This document shows positions 1-9,735 of a stretch of 64,000 nucleotides of DNA, piece by piece. Origin of the DNA: Sterolibacteriaceae bacterium (lineage in GTDB: Bacteria > Pseudomonadota > Gammaproteobacteria > Burkholderiales > Rhodocyclaceae); NCBI GenBank assembly GCA_025360425.1, contig JANYCD010000076.1, positions 17,639 through 81,638 on the forward strand, written 5' to 3'. The notes beneath the pieces were generated by a model. That model had not been told where the DNA came from. It searched no databases and saw nothing but the letters and a program-made list of their open reading frames with translations. The position numbers were made by a program, and so were the translations under genes. Position 1 is the first letter of the stretch; every line of letters begins with the position of its first letter.

Positions 1-746
1 AGTACCCCGAGGCGGCGCGTCCGGCGCTGGCCGACATCGATATCACCATCCGTGCCGGCGAAACCGTGGCGCTGGTCGGTGCATCCGGCAGCGGCAAGAC
101 CACGCTTGCCAATCTGCTACCGCGGCTCTACCACCCAAGCGCCGGTCGCATCCTGGTGGACGATCACGACATCGAACAGGTGAAGCTGGCCAGCCTGCGC
201 GCCAACATTGCGCTGGTGAGTCAGGACGTGGTGTTGTTCAACGACACGGTGGCGGCCAATATCGCTTATGGATCGCTCGCCAGTGTTACGCGGCAGCATG
301 TGATTGAGGCAGCCCGTGCTGCCCATGCGCTTGAATTCATCGAAGCCATGCCGCGTGGTTTCGATACCCTGATCGGCGAAAACGGCGTCAAGCTTTCCGG
401 CGGCCAGCGCCAGCGCCTGGCCATCGCCCGCGCCCTGTTGAAGGATGCGCCAATCCTGATTCTCGATGAGGCCACCTCCGCCCTTGATACCGAAAGTGAA
501 CGCGCAGTGCAGGCCGCGTTGGAAGTGCTGATGCAAGGCCGTACCACGCTGGTCATCGCCCATCGCCTGACCACCATCGAACGTGCCGACCGCATTCTGG
601 TGCTGCACCACGGGCGTGTGGTGGAAAGTGGCACGCATGCCGAGTTGCTGGCAAAAAGTGGACACTATTCGCAGTTGCATCGTCTACAGGCGGACGATGT
701 CGAAGCCGCCGCGCTAACCGTTTCGCCATCGCGTCATCCATTGTGA
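1..746 (+). CDS. msbA: MsbA-type lipid A/LPS export ABC transporter, C-terminal ATPase domain (5' partial, continues upstream of window)
   Basis: Open in frame from base 3. Walker [10 protein letters not shown], signature LSGGQRQR, Walker [17 protein letters not shown] switch. Directly followed by LPS-core glycosyltransferases. Confidence 0.85.
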   Translation, partial: YPEAARPALADIDITIRAGETVALVGASGSGKTTLANLLPRLYHPSAGRILVDDHDIEQVKLASLRANIALVSQDVVLFNDTVAANIAYGSLASVTRQHVIEAARAAHALEFIEAMPRGFDTLIGENGVKLSGGQRQRLAIARALLKDAPILILDEATSALDTESERAVQAALEVLMQGRTTLVIAHRLTTIERADRILVLHHGRVVESGTHAELLAKSGHYSQLHRLQADDVEAAALTVSPSRHPL

Positions 747-1837
747 GAGTGCTGCACAGCGAGAGTTCGCGCGGTTGGGGCGGGCAGGAAAACCGCACCA
801 TGCAGGAGTGCCTGCAACTGCGTGCGCGTGGCGTCGAGTTGATGCTGGTTTGCCCGCCGGACAGTGGCTTGTCCAGGCGCGCCCATGAGCAGGGCTTCGC
901 TGTGGTCGAAGTGGCGATGCCGCGTAGCCTCGGGCCAATCACAGTGTTTCGCATTGCCGCCGTGATGCGCCGGTTTCGTCCCGACGTGGTTAACACCCAC
1001 AGCGGGCGGGACACCATCCTTGCCGGTCTCGCCGCGCGCCTGGTGCAGCCAAGGCCGCTGGTGGTGCGTACCCGCCATCTGATTCTGCCGATTACTTCGC
1101 GCGCGACGTATTCGTGGTTGCCTGATCACGTGGTGACTGTCAGCGTTGCCGTGCGTGAAAATCTTATTGCCGCTGGGGTAGCGCCGCAACGGATCACCGC
1201 GATTACTACCGGCGTCGATTGCCAGCGTTTCGATCCAGCAATCGTGACGCCGGTACTGCGCAAGGAGTTAAATCTTGCCGAGGATGCATTCTTGGTCGGC
1301 ATGGTCGCGATCTTGCGCATGAAAAAAGGACATCAGGACTTGCTCGATGCTACCGTGGACGTGGTGAAAGCGATTCCGCAGGCGATCTTCGTGATCGCCG
1401 GCGATGGCCCGCAGCGCGAAAACATTGAGCGTGGTATTGCTGAACGCGGCTTGCAGGCACATGTGCGTTTGCTCGGCCTGCGCCGTGACATTCCCGAAGT
1501 ACTGCGCTCGCTCGACCTGTTTGTGTTGCCGACCCACGAAGAGGCTTTCGGTACCTCTTATCTTGAAGCACAGGCGATGGGCCTGCCAGTGATCGCCACC
1601 CGCGTCGGTGGCGTGCCGGAAGCGGTGCATGAAGGCGTCACCGGTCTGCTGGTGCCGGCCAAAAATCCGCAAGCGCTTGCTGCCGCGATCATCGAGTTGG
1701 GCCGCGATCCGCAGCGCCGTCGCGCCATGAGTGCGGCCGGACGTCCATGGGTGCAGGCCGGGCACACCACGGAACGCATGGCCGAACGCATGATTGATCT
1801 TTATGAGGCGCTGCTGCGGGAGCGAGCCGGTGGCTAG
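743..1837 (+). CDS. Glycosyltransferase family 1 (GT-B, GT4-like), LPS core biosynthesis
   Basis: 364 aa. C-terminal GT1 motif [31 protein letters not shown] start overlaps the msbA stop (GTGA). Confidence 0.8.
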   Translation: MRVLHSESSRGWGGQENRTMQECLQLRARGVELMLVCPPDSGLSRRAHEQGFAVVEVAMPRSLGPITVFRIAAVMRRFRPDVVNTHSGRDTILAGLAARLVQPRPLVVRTRHLILPITSRATYSWLPDHVVTVSVAVRENLIAAGVAPQRITAITTGVDCQRFDPAIVTPVLRKELNLAEDAFLVGMVAILRMKKGHQDLLDATVDVVKAIPQAIFVIAGDGPQRENIERGIAERGLQAHVRLLGLRRDIPEVLRSLDLFVLPTHEEAFGTSYLEAQAMGLPVIATRVGGVPEAVHEGVTGLLVPAKNPQALAAAIIELGRDPQRRRAMSAAGRPWVQAGHTTERMAERMIDLYEALLRERAGG

Positions 1838-2651
1838 CGCGGCGGCAGTGCCGGTGCTGATGTACCACCATGTCTCGCCAGCGCCGGGATTGATCACCGT
1901 TGCGCCGGAGAATTTCCGTGCGCAGATACGCTGGCTCGCCATCAATGGCTGGCGCGGCATTACTTGCGACGATTTCGCACGCTTTCTCAAGGGCGAACCA
2001 TTGCCGGATCGAAGCGTGTTGATCACCTTCGACGATGGCTATCTCGATAATTGGGTGCACGCTGAACCGATCCTTGCCGAGTTTGGTCTGCATGCTGCAC
2101 TGTTCCTGATCACCGGCCGCATCGGCGGCGACGGCTCACTGCGCCCACAAGTTGGCGCGCCGGGTGCACCAGACTGCCCTGATCATCGAACCTGCAAACA
2201 ACGTATTGCAAAAGGTGATGCGGACAGTGTGATGCTGCGCTGGGCAGAAGTTGAGGCGATGCAATCCAGCGGCACGTTTGAGTTCCATTCTCACACCCAC
2301 ACCCACACGCGCTGGGACAAGATCGAGGACGACGTCGCGACCCGCCAGCAGCATCTTGCCGAAGATCTGGCGGTCTCGCGCGAGACACTGGCCAGCAGGT
2401 TGGGCGGTGTCTCGGCGCATCTGTGCTGGCCGCAGGGCTACCATGATGAGGACTACCGCCGCACTGCGACCTCTGGCGGATTCAACTATCTCTACACGGT
2501 TGAGAAAGGCGTCGCTACACAGCGTACCGACCCCGCCCGCATTCCGCGCATGGTGGTCAAGGACAAGGCCGGCAACTGGTTTTCTTCGCGCATGCGACTC
2601 TATCGCCATCCGCTGCTTGCGGCGCTCTACCTGCGGTTGCGTGGTGCGTAA
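1794..2651 (+). CDS. Polysaccharide deacetylase (NodB-like) family protein
   Basis: VPVLMYHHV and ITFDDGY motifs. An in-frame GTG at 1830 is a likelier start (8-nt overlap with the upstream stop) than the ATG at 1794. Confidence 0.75.
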   Translation: MIFMRRCCGSEPVASAAAVPVLMYHHVSPAPGLITVAPENFRAQIRWLAINGWRGITCDDFARFLKGEPLPDRSVLITFDDGYLDNWVHAEPILAEFGLHAALFLITGRIGGDGSLRPQVGAPGAPDCPDHRTCKQRIAKGDADSVMLRWAEVEAMQSSGTFEFHSHTHTHTRWDKIEDDVATRQQHLAEDLAVSRETLASRLGGVSAHLCWPQGYHDEDYRRTATSGGFNYLYTVEKGVATQRTDPARIPRMVVKDKAGNWFSSRMRLYRHPLLAALYLRLRGA

Positions 2652-3769
2652 TGCACTTCCATCCCCGTGAATCGTTTTTGCTCCTGCTGTTGCGTGCGGC
2701 CAGGAAGCTTGACCGGCGGCAAAGCGAAACACGGTATTTTTCGCAAGCGGCGGTGCGCAGCATCCTGGTCATCTCGTCCACCGCGCTGGGCGACACGGTG
2801 ATGTCCACTGCGGCCATGGTTGCAGTGCGCGCCCGATATCCGGCGGCACGCATCACTGCGCTCATCCACCAGAGTTACCTGGATCTTTTCCGCCGCATGC
2901 CGGAGCTCGATGCCGTCATTCCCTACTACGGCGGGTATCGCCGCTTCGTCCGTACTGTGCTGGCTTTGCGCAAGGCCAGGCCAGATGTGGCGTTGATCCT
3001 GCATGGCAACGAACCACAGGCGACACCGCTGGCCTACTTTTCCGGGGCGCAGTTTTTGTTCAAGCTGCCCAACAACAATCCATTCCGCTTTCTGTTGAGC
3101 AACCACGACCCGGTGATCACCAGAGAGCAAATCGGGCATGGCATGACGCAGCGTCTGCAAACGGCGGCACTGGCAGACGCTTCAATCGACGGCGCACGGA
3201 TGCGCCTGCCCATCGATGGTGATGCGATTGCGGCGGTGGAAGCCTTTCTGTCCGGGCATGGCATTACACCGTCACACACGGTGATCGGTCTCCAGGTTGG
3301 GGCGTCGAGTCGAAGCCGCATGTGGCCTGCGGAAAAATTTGTTGAACTGACACACGGCGTGACTGTACGATATCCTCAGGCGCGTTTTGTCTTGTCCGGG
3401 TCTGCGGCAGAGTCGGCGTATTGCCACGAAATTGCCCGGGCGATCGGCAGTACTGCGGTGGTCGCTGCCGATGCTGTTTCCGTCGCGCAGCTTCCCGCAC
3501 TGGTCCGCAGAATGCGGTTGCTGGTGACCGGCGATACCGGAACGATGCATGTCGCGGTGGCTGTCGATACGCCGGTAGTCGCGCTGTTTGCGGTGTCGAA
3601 TCCAAAAATGTCGGGGCCGGTCTACGATTTGGATCGCCACGTGGTGATTCACCGGCCGTGTTCCGATCCCGGCATTCGTTCGAAATCCGATGATCAAACC
3701 TGCATTGGCCGGATCCCGGTAGCAGACGTGCTTGCCGCGATTGAAACGATCCTGGGGCGGGAAGCATGA
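2651..3769 (+). CDS. Glycosyltransferase family 9 (heptosyltransferase-like)
   Basis: 372 aa. N-terminal ILVISSTALGDTVMS and C-terminal GDTGTMHVAVAVDTPVVALF are typical of the GT9 fold. TAATG overlap with the upstream stop. Confidence 0.8.
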   Translation: MHFHPRESFLLLLLRAARKLDRRQSETRYFSQAAVRSILVISSTALGDTVMSTAAMVAVRARYPAARITALIHQSYLDLFRRMPELDAVIPYYGGYRRFVRTVLALRKARPDVALILHGNEPQATPLAYFSGAQFLFKLPNNNPFRFLLSNHDPVITREQIGHGMTQRLQTAALADASIDGARMRLPIDGDAIAAVEAFLSGHGITPSHTVIGLQVGASSRSRMWPAEKFVELTHGVTVRYPQARFVLSGSAAESAYCHEIARAIGSTAVVAADAVSVAQLPALVRRMRLLVTGDTGTMHVAVAVDTPVVALFAVSNPKMSGPVYDLDRHVVIHRPCSDPGIRSKSDDQTCIGRIPVADVLAAIETILGREA

Positions 3770-4959
3770 CCAAACGCATCCTGCTTCTCGACACCGGCAA
3801 GGAATGGGGTGGCGGCACCAACAGCATGATCGAGTTGCTGAAGCGACTCGACCGTGATCGCTATGCCGTTACGCCGCTGTTCTTCGACAACTATGCACGT
3901 GGCAGCGACGGCGATCTGCGCAGTGCGCTGGCCGAAATCGGCTACGAACTGAAATTGTTGCCAAGGTTGCGCCAGCCCTGGTGGGCCAAGTTGTCCAAGG
4001 AACTGGCACGCGGCCTGTTTGGTTGGTGGCCACGCCTGAAGCACACCGTGGTGTTCTCGATAGAACTCGCCTGGCGGATAAACCCCGATGCACTGCGAAT
4101 CGCCCAAGTATTGCGCGAGGGCGGATATTCCGCGCTCTACCTTAACAACCAGCCTTCGTCTAATCTTGAAGGAGTGCTCGCGGCGGAAGCAACGGGGACC
4201 CGCGCGATTCAGCACTGCCGTATTGAGGCGAATTTGAATCGCGACGAGGTGGCCATTTTAAATCGCATCATTCGACGCGTAATCTGTGTGTCTCACGGCG
4301 TGGCGAAGTCATTGATCGCGCAAGGCGTGGCTGGCGAGCGTTGTACGGTAGTGCTGAATGGTGTCGACGGCGGACAGGCATTGCCCGATCCCGCAGCGGC
4401 GAAACGAATACACGGACTTCCCGATTTCTCCCTGGTGATCGGCACGGTAGGATCGCTGGTGCCGCGCAAAGGCGTCGCTGTGCTGTTGCGCGCCATACAG
4501 TTGATGAATGATGTATCAAGCCGCGCACTGATCGTCGGCGCCGGCCCGCAGCGCGCGGCGTTGGAAAAATTGTCGACGGAACCTGGCCTCGCCGGACGCG
4601 TCGTGTTTACCGGCTTTCAAAGCGAGCCGTTGCCCTACCTCGCTGCGATGGATGTTTTCTGTCTGGCATCGGCGCGTGAAGGTCTGCCACGCGTTATCCT
4701 CGAAGCCATGCTGCTCGGCAAACCTGTTGTCGCAACGGATATTCCCGGATGTCGCGAGCTCGTGCGTCATGGTGAAACCGGCTATCTGGTTCCTCATGGT
4801 GATGTTGCCGCATTGTCGGATGCGCTTTCGCGCCTTGCTGCGGACACTGGCTTGCGGACGAGATTAGGCCAGCGCGGCCGCGAAATCGTCCTCGCCGAAT
4901 ATTCCATCGAACGCTACGTGCAGGGCGTGACGCAAGTGTTCGATGAGGTGCTGGCGTGA
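3766..4959 (+). CDS. Glycosyltransferase family 1
   Basis: 397 aa. Motif REGLPRVILEAMLLGKPVVATDIPGCRELV. ATGA overlap with the upstream gene. Confidence 0.8.
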   Translation: MTKRILLLDTGKEWGGGTNSMIELLKRLDRDRYAVTPLFFDNYARGSDGDLRSALAEIGYELKLLPRLRQPWWAKLSKELARGLFGWWPRLKHTVVFSIELAWRINPDALRIAQVLREGGYSALYLNNQPSSNLEGVLAAEATGTRAIQHCRIEANLNRDEVAILNRIIRRVICVSHGVAKSLIAQGVAGERCTVVLNGVDGGQALPDPAAAKRIHGLPDFSLVIGTVGSLVPRKGVAVLLRAIQLMNDVSSRALIVGAGPQRAALEKLSTEPGLAGRVVFTGFQSEPLPYLAAMDVFCLASAREGLPRVILEAMLLGKPVVATDIPGCRELVRHGETGYLVPHGDVAALSDALSRLAADTGLRTRLGQRGREIVLAEYSIERYVQGVTQVFDEVLA

Positions 4960-6080
4960 TTCACCTGCTGCTGACTTTGTTGTTCTCGCCACTGCTGCGT
5001 CTGTTCGCCGGTCGGGCGCCCGCGCAACCGGCACGAGTGCTGGTCATCCAGCTCGCCAAAATCGGCGATCTGCTCTGCTCCACGCCGGTATTCCGTGAAT
5101 TGAAGCGCTGCTATCCCGCCGTGGAATTGAGTGTGCTGGCGACGAAAATAAATGCACCCTTGCTGCGCTGCAATCCCCGCGTCGATCACGTTGTGGAGGC
5201 CGATGCGCGGCAGTTCCGCGGTTTGGCCGGCAAGTGGCGGTTGATCGCACTGCTGCGCAGCGGCCGCTACGACACAGTCATCTGTCTCAATGCAGGTGCT
5301 GCTTACGCCACGGCTGCGTTGTGGGCGGGCATTCCACGGCGTCTCGCAGTGCTCTCCAATTTCGGCGGAACCTCTCATCATCTGGCAGCGCGTTTGTGGA
5401 CCGGCGTTGAGCTCCATCGTGGTGATCGGCTGATACAGGCAACCTATCTGGCGTTGCTGGAAAAATTGGGTATTCGCGATGGCAGCATTGCCAAGGAAAT
5501 ATTCCCCGCGCCGGGAGCGGCAAAAAAAGTTGCGGCCCTGCTCGGCGCAAACGTCGGACCACTGCTCGGCATCGGTGTCAGCAGTGCCAATCGGCTCAAG
5601 GCGCTGGGCAGCGGAAAGATCATTGATCTTGCACGCAGCATGCTCGGTGCTTACCCCAGCTTGTCGGTGGTCCTGATCGGTGGGTCCGAAGATGCGCAAC
5701 AGGCAGATGAGATTCGACAGGCCTTGCCATCGGAGCGCGTTATCGATTCCTGCGGCAAGCTCGGTCTTGCCGAACTTCCGCCGTTGCTGGAAAAGCTTGC
5801 CACCTTTCTGGGGGTTGATTCCGGCGTGACCTATATGGCCGATGCCGTCGGCATTCCAGTGGTTTCGGTGGCGGGGCCATGCAACATGGACGAGACAAGG
5901 CCGACCGGCAAACGCGTGGTAATCATTCAACGCTCCGAGCTGCCCTGCCAACCCTGTGCCCATATATTCAAAGCACCATACAGTTGCTGGGTGGGTACCC
6001 GGGCTTGCATTGTTGATGTATCCGCCACAGAGATTGCAGCGGCAGTTTTGTCACTGTTGTCGGCGGGAGAACAATCGTGA
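4956..6080 (+). CDS. Glycosyltransferase family 9 (heptosyltransferase-like)
   Basis: 374 aa. VLVIQLAKIGDLLCSTPVFRELK and GVDSGVTYMADAVGIPVVSV motifs. GTGA overlap with the upstream gene. Confidence 0.8.
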   Translation: MIHLLLTLLFSPLLRLFAGRAPAQPARVLVIQLAKIGDLLCSTPVFRELKRCYPAVELSVLATKINAPLLRCNPRVDHVVEADARQFRGLAGKWRLIALLRSGRYDTVICLNAGAAYATAALWAGIPRRLAVLSNFGGTSHHLAARLWTGVELHRGDRLIQATYLALLEKLGIRDGSIAKEIFPAPGAAKKVAALLGANVGPLLGIGVSSANRLKALGSGKIIDLARSMLGAYPSLSVVLIGGSEDAQQADEIRQALPSERVIDSCGKLGLAELPPLLEKLATFLGVDSGVTYMADAVGIPVVSVAGPCNMDETRPTGKRVVIIQRSELPCQPCAHIFKAPYSCWVGTRACIVDVSATEIAAAVLSLLSAGEQS

Positions 6081-8368
6081 CTGAAGGCCTCGTTCACGAC
6101 AACACCCGATTGGCGACTTCGGTCCGCTGGCTTTGCCTGGCACTGGTATGCCTGCAAACCATTCCACATGTCGGCGCCCTGCGCCAGATCGCAACCTATG
6201 GCTTGCTATTGGTGATCGTGCCACGAATTTTTTTACAGTTGCGCGGGCAGGCAATTGGCAGGCTCACGGCGGGTTTCGCGCGATGGTTCTGGTTGCTGGC
6301 GATTTGGGCGATCGTTGCGTCGGTTATCGGCCCTTATCCAAGCGAGAGCCTCAATGCGATGCGGCAGGGCTGGTTGCCGCAAGGACTGCTGGTCGCTGCG
6401 ATCCTTCTGGAATTCAATGATCGCAGATGGCATCTGCCGCTGTTGCGGGCGCTGGTCTACGGTTTCGTCATTGCGACGCTGCTTGGCGCAGGCGAAACGC
6501 TTGTTACCCAAGGCCAACTGATCAATGGTGGAGTCATCAGCCACGACGCGTTTCTGCGCGGCTATGCGCATCAGGCAGTGGTGTCGATTCCAATCGCGTT
6601 GTTCCTGATTTTTTTGTCGGAAACGCATCGTTTTGAACGCGCCTTCCTGATCGCACTGATTCTGGCGGGGGTAGTGCTGGTTGCTCTCTACAATTCGCGC
6701 ACTGCGCTTGTCGCACTGACCTTGGGAAGCGGTGGCATGTTGTTGTTGGTCGGCGGTTGGCGACGTGGCATGGCATTGCTGGCTGTTACCGCGCTGACTG
6801 CCGTGATCACCCTGAGTGTTGTGAACACCGACAAGTATCGCAGCCTGCTGACCGAGGACACCTATGTCACCGACCGCGGGCTCAGTCTGCGACTCTCGGT
6901 ATGGGGTGGCGCGCTGGACGTGGTGAAGGAACGGGCGCTGACGGGCTATGGTTACGGCTGGAAGAAGCTCAGCAATGTCATCGAAGACCGGCACTTCATC
7001 GACCGCTGGCGTGTTGTGCGGCCCGGTGCCGCTGCGTTCTACCGTCCGCAGGGGAAGGTTTTGGGTTATGGCGGCGCCAATCCCCACAATCTGGTGCTGC
7101 AACTCCTGTTCGAGGTCGGCGCAGTCGGCTTGCTGATTTATTTGCTGTTGTGGATTTCGTGGTTCGATACTGTCCTGCGTCCCATTTTGCGATCCATACG
7201 TGCCGCAGGAGCCGGATCGAGTCGGCTGTTGTTGATATCGTCTTTTGGGGTACTTGTTGCATTCTTTTTGATGAACCTCACCAACGGTTATTGGGAGGGT
7301 TCGATTGCAAACACCGTTCTTTGCTGGCTGTGCCTGATGCATTTGATGAGCAGAGAGCACTCAGTTCAGGCAATGCCATCGCCGGATTTCGCTGGAAAAA
7401 TCCTCGTGATCCGCCGTGACAACATCGGCGATCTGGTGTGCACGACGCCGTTGTTGCATCAATTGCGGATGCACTTTCCGCGTGCATGGGTAGGCGCGTT
7501 GGTAAGTCGTTACAACGAAGATGTGCTGATCGGTAACCCGGATCTGAATGCCGTGTTCAGCTATCGCAAGTCCAAGCATCGTGAATTCGGAGAAAGTGCA
7601 TTCGGCGTTTACTGGGCGCGATTTCGGCAACTGATGACACTGCGTCGAATGAAGATTGATATTGCACTATTGCCGGCCAGCGGTGGACAGGCCAGTGCGC
7701 GGCAAATGGCCGGAATGATCGGCGCACTTCGTGTCATCGAACAACCCGCCGAGAAGGGGGGCGTCATGCATGAGGTCGAGCGGGCAGCAAGGGTGCTGGC
7801 GCCGCTGGGCATTACAGAAACATTGCCGCAGTTGCGTGTTTGTGCTGATGTGCAGGGTGTCGCTGCTGCGCGAGTGAAAATTGCAGAAAATCTGCCAGGC
7901 CAAGGACCACTGATCGGATTGCACATCAGCGCGCGCAAGCCGGATCAGCGCTGGCCGGCACAGCACTTCACCCAACTGATGGCGCACTTGCATACCCAAC
8001 ACGGTGCGCGTTTCATGCTGTTCTGGTCGCCCGGCGATGAAGACAATCCGCTTCACCCGGGCGATGACCGCAAGGCCGCCACCATCATCGCCGCCACGGA
8101 CGCGCCAATGCTGCCATGGCCCACTCGAAGATTGCGTGACTTGATCGATGGTCTTGCCGTCTGTGACAGCGTGATTTGCAGCGATGGTGGTGCAATGCAT
8201 ATCGCTGCCGGGTTGGGCAAACCGATTGTGTGTTTCTTTGGTTCCAGCGATCCGGCGATCTGGCATCCGTGGCAGGTGCCGCATCGGGTGTTGCGGGCTG
8301 CCAGTCGCAATGCGGCGGACATTGCCGTGGATGACGCGGTGGCAGCGTGGGAGATACTCTCGCGCTAG
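6077..8368 (+). CDS. Fusion protein: O-antigen ligase-like (Wzy_C/WaaL-type) polytopic membrane domain + C-terminal GT9 heptosyltransferase-like domain
   Basis: 763 aa. Residues 1-430 hold many hydrophobic spans plus the NPHNLVLQLLFEVGAVG motif. From about residue 441 (nt ~7397) there are GT9 motifs KILVIRRDNIGDLVCTTPLL and SDGGAMHIAAGLGKPIVCFFG. No stop codon lies between the halves. Confidence 0.75.
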   Translation: MTEGLVHDNTRLATSVRWLCLALVCLQTIPHVGALRQIATYGLLLVIVPRIFLQLRGQAIGRLTAGFARWFWLLAIWAIVASVIGPYPSESLNAMRQGWLPQGLLVAAILLEFNDRRWHLPLLRALVYGFVIATLLGAGETLVTQGQLINGGVISHDAFLRGYAHQAVVSIPIALFLIFLSETHRFERAFLIALILAGVVLVALYNSRTALVALTLGSGGMLLLVGGWRRGMALLAVTALTAVITLSVVNTDKYRSLLTEDTYVTDRGLSLRLSVWGGALDVVKERALTGYGYGWKKLSNVIEDRHFIDRWRVVRPGAAAFYRPQGKVLGYGGANPHNLVLQLLFEVGAVGLLIYLLLWISWFDTVLRPILRSIRAAGAGSSRLLLISSFGVLVAFFLMNLTNGYWEGSIANTVLCWLCLMHLMSREHSVQAMPSPDFAGKILVIRRDNIGDLVCTTPLLHQLRMHFPRAWVGALVSRYNEDVLIGNPDLNAVFSYRKSKHREFGESAFGVYWARFRQLMTLRRMKIDIALLPASGGQASARQMAGMIGALRVIEQPAEKGGVMHEVERAARVLAPLGITETLPQLRVCADVQGVAAARVKIAENLPGQGPLIGLHISARKPDQRWPAQHFTQLMAHLHTQHGARFMLFWSPGDEDNPLHPGDDRKAATIIAATDAPMLPWPTRRLRDLIDGLAVCDSVICSDGGAMHIAAGLGKPIVCFFGSSDPAIWHPWQVPHRVLRAASRNAADIAVDDAVAAWEILSR

Positions 8369-9732
8369 TCTGCCGGCTTTGCCGCTTCGCGCTTCAGGAT
8401 TGCATCCCGCACCAGACCGATATGTCCGCGCAGGGTATATAGCATGTCCGAAAAGGCCAGCGGCGCAGGAATCCGATTGACATCGCGCTCAATGGTGTCA
8501 AGCTGTTTGAGCCATTCAGCTCGCTGCTTCGGATCTGGATGTCGTTCCACTTCAGCTTCCAGAAATTTGAGTTCGCCATAGCGGCGATAGATGCGCGAAC
8601 GTACGCGCCAGCCGTAAAGCGCAGGTGCGAACTTGAACACCGGAATCAGCACCGCGAAAAGCGGAATCAGCATTACCACCATGCGGTCGATCAGGGTCGC
8701 CGCCCAGAATGGCAAATAACGTTGCAATAACGGTTTGCCTGATTTGTAATAACGCTCCGCTTCGGGCGCCAGCGGAAAGTCGACACCCTGCGCGCGCGGG
8801 AAATCACCGGGACGATGGAAGATGCCTGGCGCATTATGGATTTCCAAAACCGCTTGCAGCAGCAAATCCATATGCGCCGGATGCAGATTTTTGCGCACCA
8901 CCAGACTGGCGGTGGGTGCGATCAACGAAACGTCACGCGCGGGAATGTTATTGACCAGATCAATTGCGCCACGCGGCAACGTTACCCGTGTCAGGGTCGG
9001 AAACATGCGGGCATAGGCTTCCGCCTGGGAGAGACTCATCAGCCGCACTCCGGGCGTGTAAAGCAGGGTCCACACCGTGGCTGACTGGGTGGGACCAACC
9101 ACAAACACCGCATCGATCTTGCCGGCACCCAGCGCAGCGGCGGCTTCGAGTCCACCGATCTCGCGCAGGCGCGTGGCATCGTGATCCATGCCGTTGGCGC
9201 GCAGGATATCGAGTGACAGCGCGTAATTACCGCTGCGCGGATTGTCGACGGAAATGCGTCGTCCCCTGAGTTGGGCGACTTCGGTCAGCGGTGCTTTTTC
9301 GGCAAGACTGGAGCGATAAAAAATCCATAGCGGCTCGTAGTACAAGCCGCCCAGCGATACCAGTGCGTCGTCTTCCTCTGCACGTGCCGTCCCGCCTTGC
9401 ACGAAGGCGGCTTCAACTTCGCCCTTGCGCAGCAGTTCGACGTTCTCAATGGAACCCGCAGTCGGCTTCTGGATCAGGTTGATGTGATAACGGGCGAGAA
9501 CGGCCTGATAGGCAGCCCCATACCGTTCGTAGGCACCACCGGCGCCGCCGGTAGCAATGGTCAGGGTGCGCGGCGGTGCCGGCTGGATAAAGCGGGCCGC
9601 GACCCAGAAAGCCGCAACCACCAACAACAGCAAGGGAAGCCCGACCAGCAATAAATCACGGCGCGAAGCGCCGCGCAGTCGCGCCGTGATTCGACTGCGC
9701 GCATTCATTTTGCTGGTGGCGGTTGTAACCAC
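8365..9732 (-). CDS. TAXI-family TRAP-type solute-binding protein, membrane-anchored at both ends, no cognate permease nearby
   Basis: 455 aa. N-terminal TM (LLLVGLPLLLLVVAAFWVAARF), TAXI-like core (LTIATGGAGGAYERYGAAY), a second TM (MVVMLIPLFAVLIPVF) and a charged ~90-aa tail. Alternative start M9 at 9708. Confidence 0.7.
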   Translation of the reverse strand: MVTTATSKMNARSRITARLRGASRRDLLLVGLPLLLLVVAAFWVAARFIQPAPPRTLTIATGGAGGAYERYGAAYQAVLARYHINLIQKPTAGSIENVELLRKGEVEAAFVQGGTARAEEDDALVSLGGLYYEPLWIFYRSSLAEKAPLTEVAQLRGRRISVDNPRSGNYALSLDILRANGMDHDATRLREIGGLEAAAALGAGKIDAVFVVGPTQSATVWTLLYTPGVRLMSLSQAEAYARMFPTLTRVTLPRGAIDLVNNIPARDVSLIAPTASLVVRKNLHPAHMDLLLQAVLEIHNAPGIFHRPGDFPRAQGVDFPLAPEAERYYKSGKPLLQRYLPFWAATLIDRMVVMLIPLFAVLIPVFKFAPALYGWRVRSRIYRRYGELKFLEAEVERHPDPKQRAEWLKQLDTIERDVNRIPAPLAFSDMLYTLRGHIGLVRDAILKREAAKPAD

Positions 9733-9735
9733 GAC

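Noticed and set aside
2281-2310. CAC/CCA microsatellite-like run encoding HSHTHTHTR in the deacetylase
   Set aside because: It is short (three HT units), in frame, and lies in a region where NodB-type enzymes carry metal-binding His residues. There is no evidence of slippage-based phase variation.
4914-7360. Long minus-strand ORFs (4914-5963, 6233-7360) and similar ones at 12394-13320 and 57771-58523
   Set aside because: All lie antisense to genes with clear family motifs (GT9, ligase fusion, uvrA, NtaA-like). Their composition is typical of GC-rich antisense frames.
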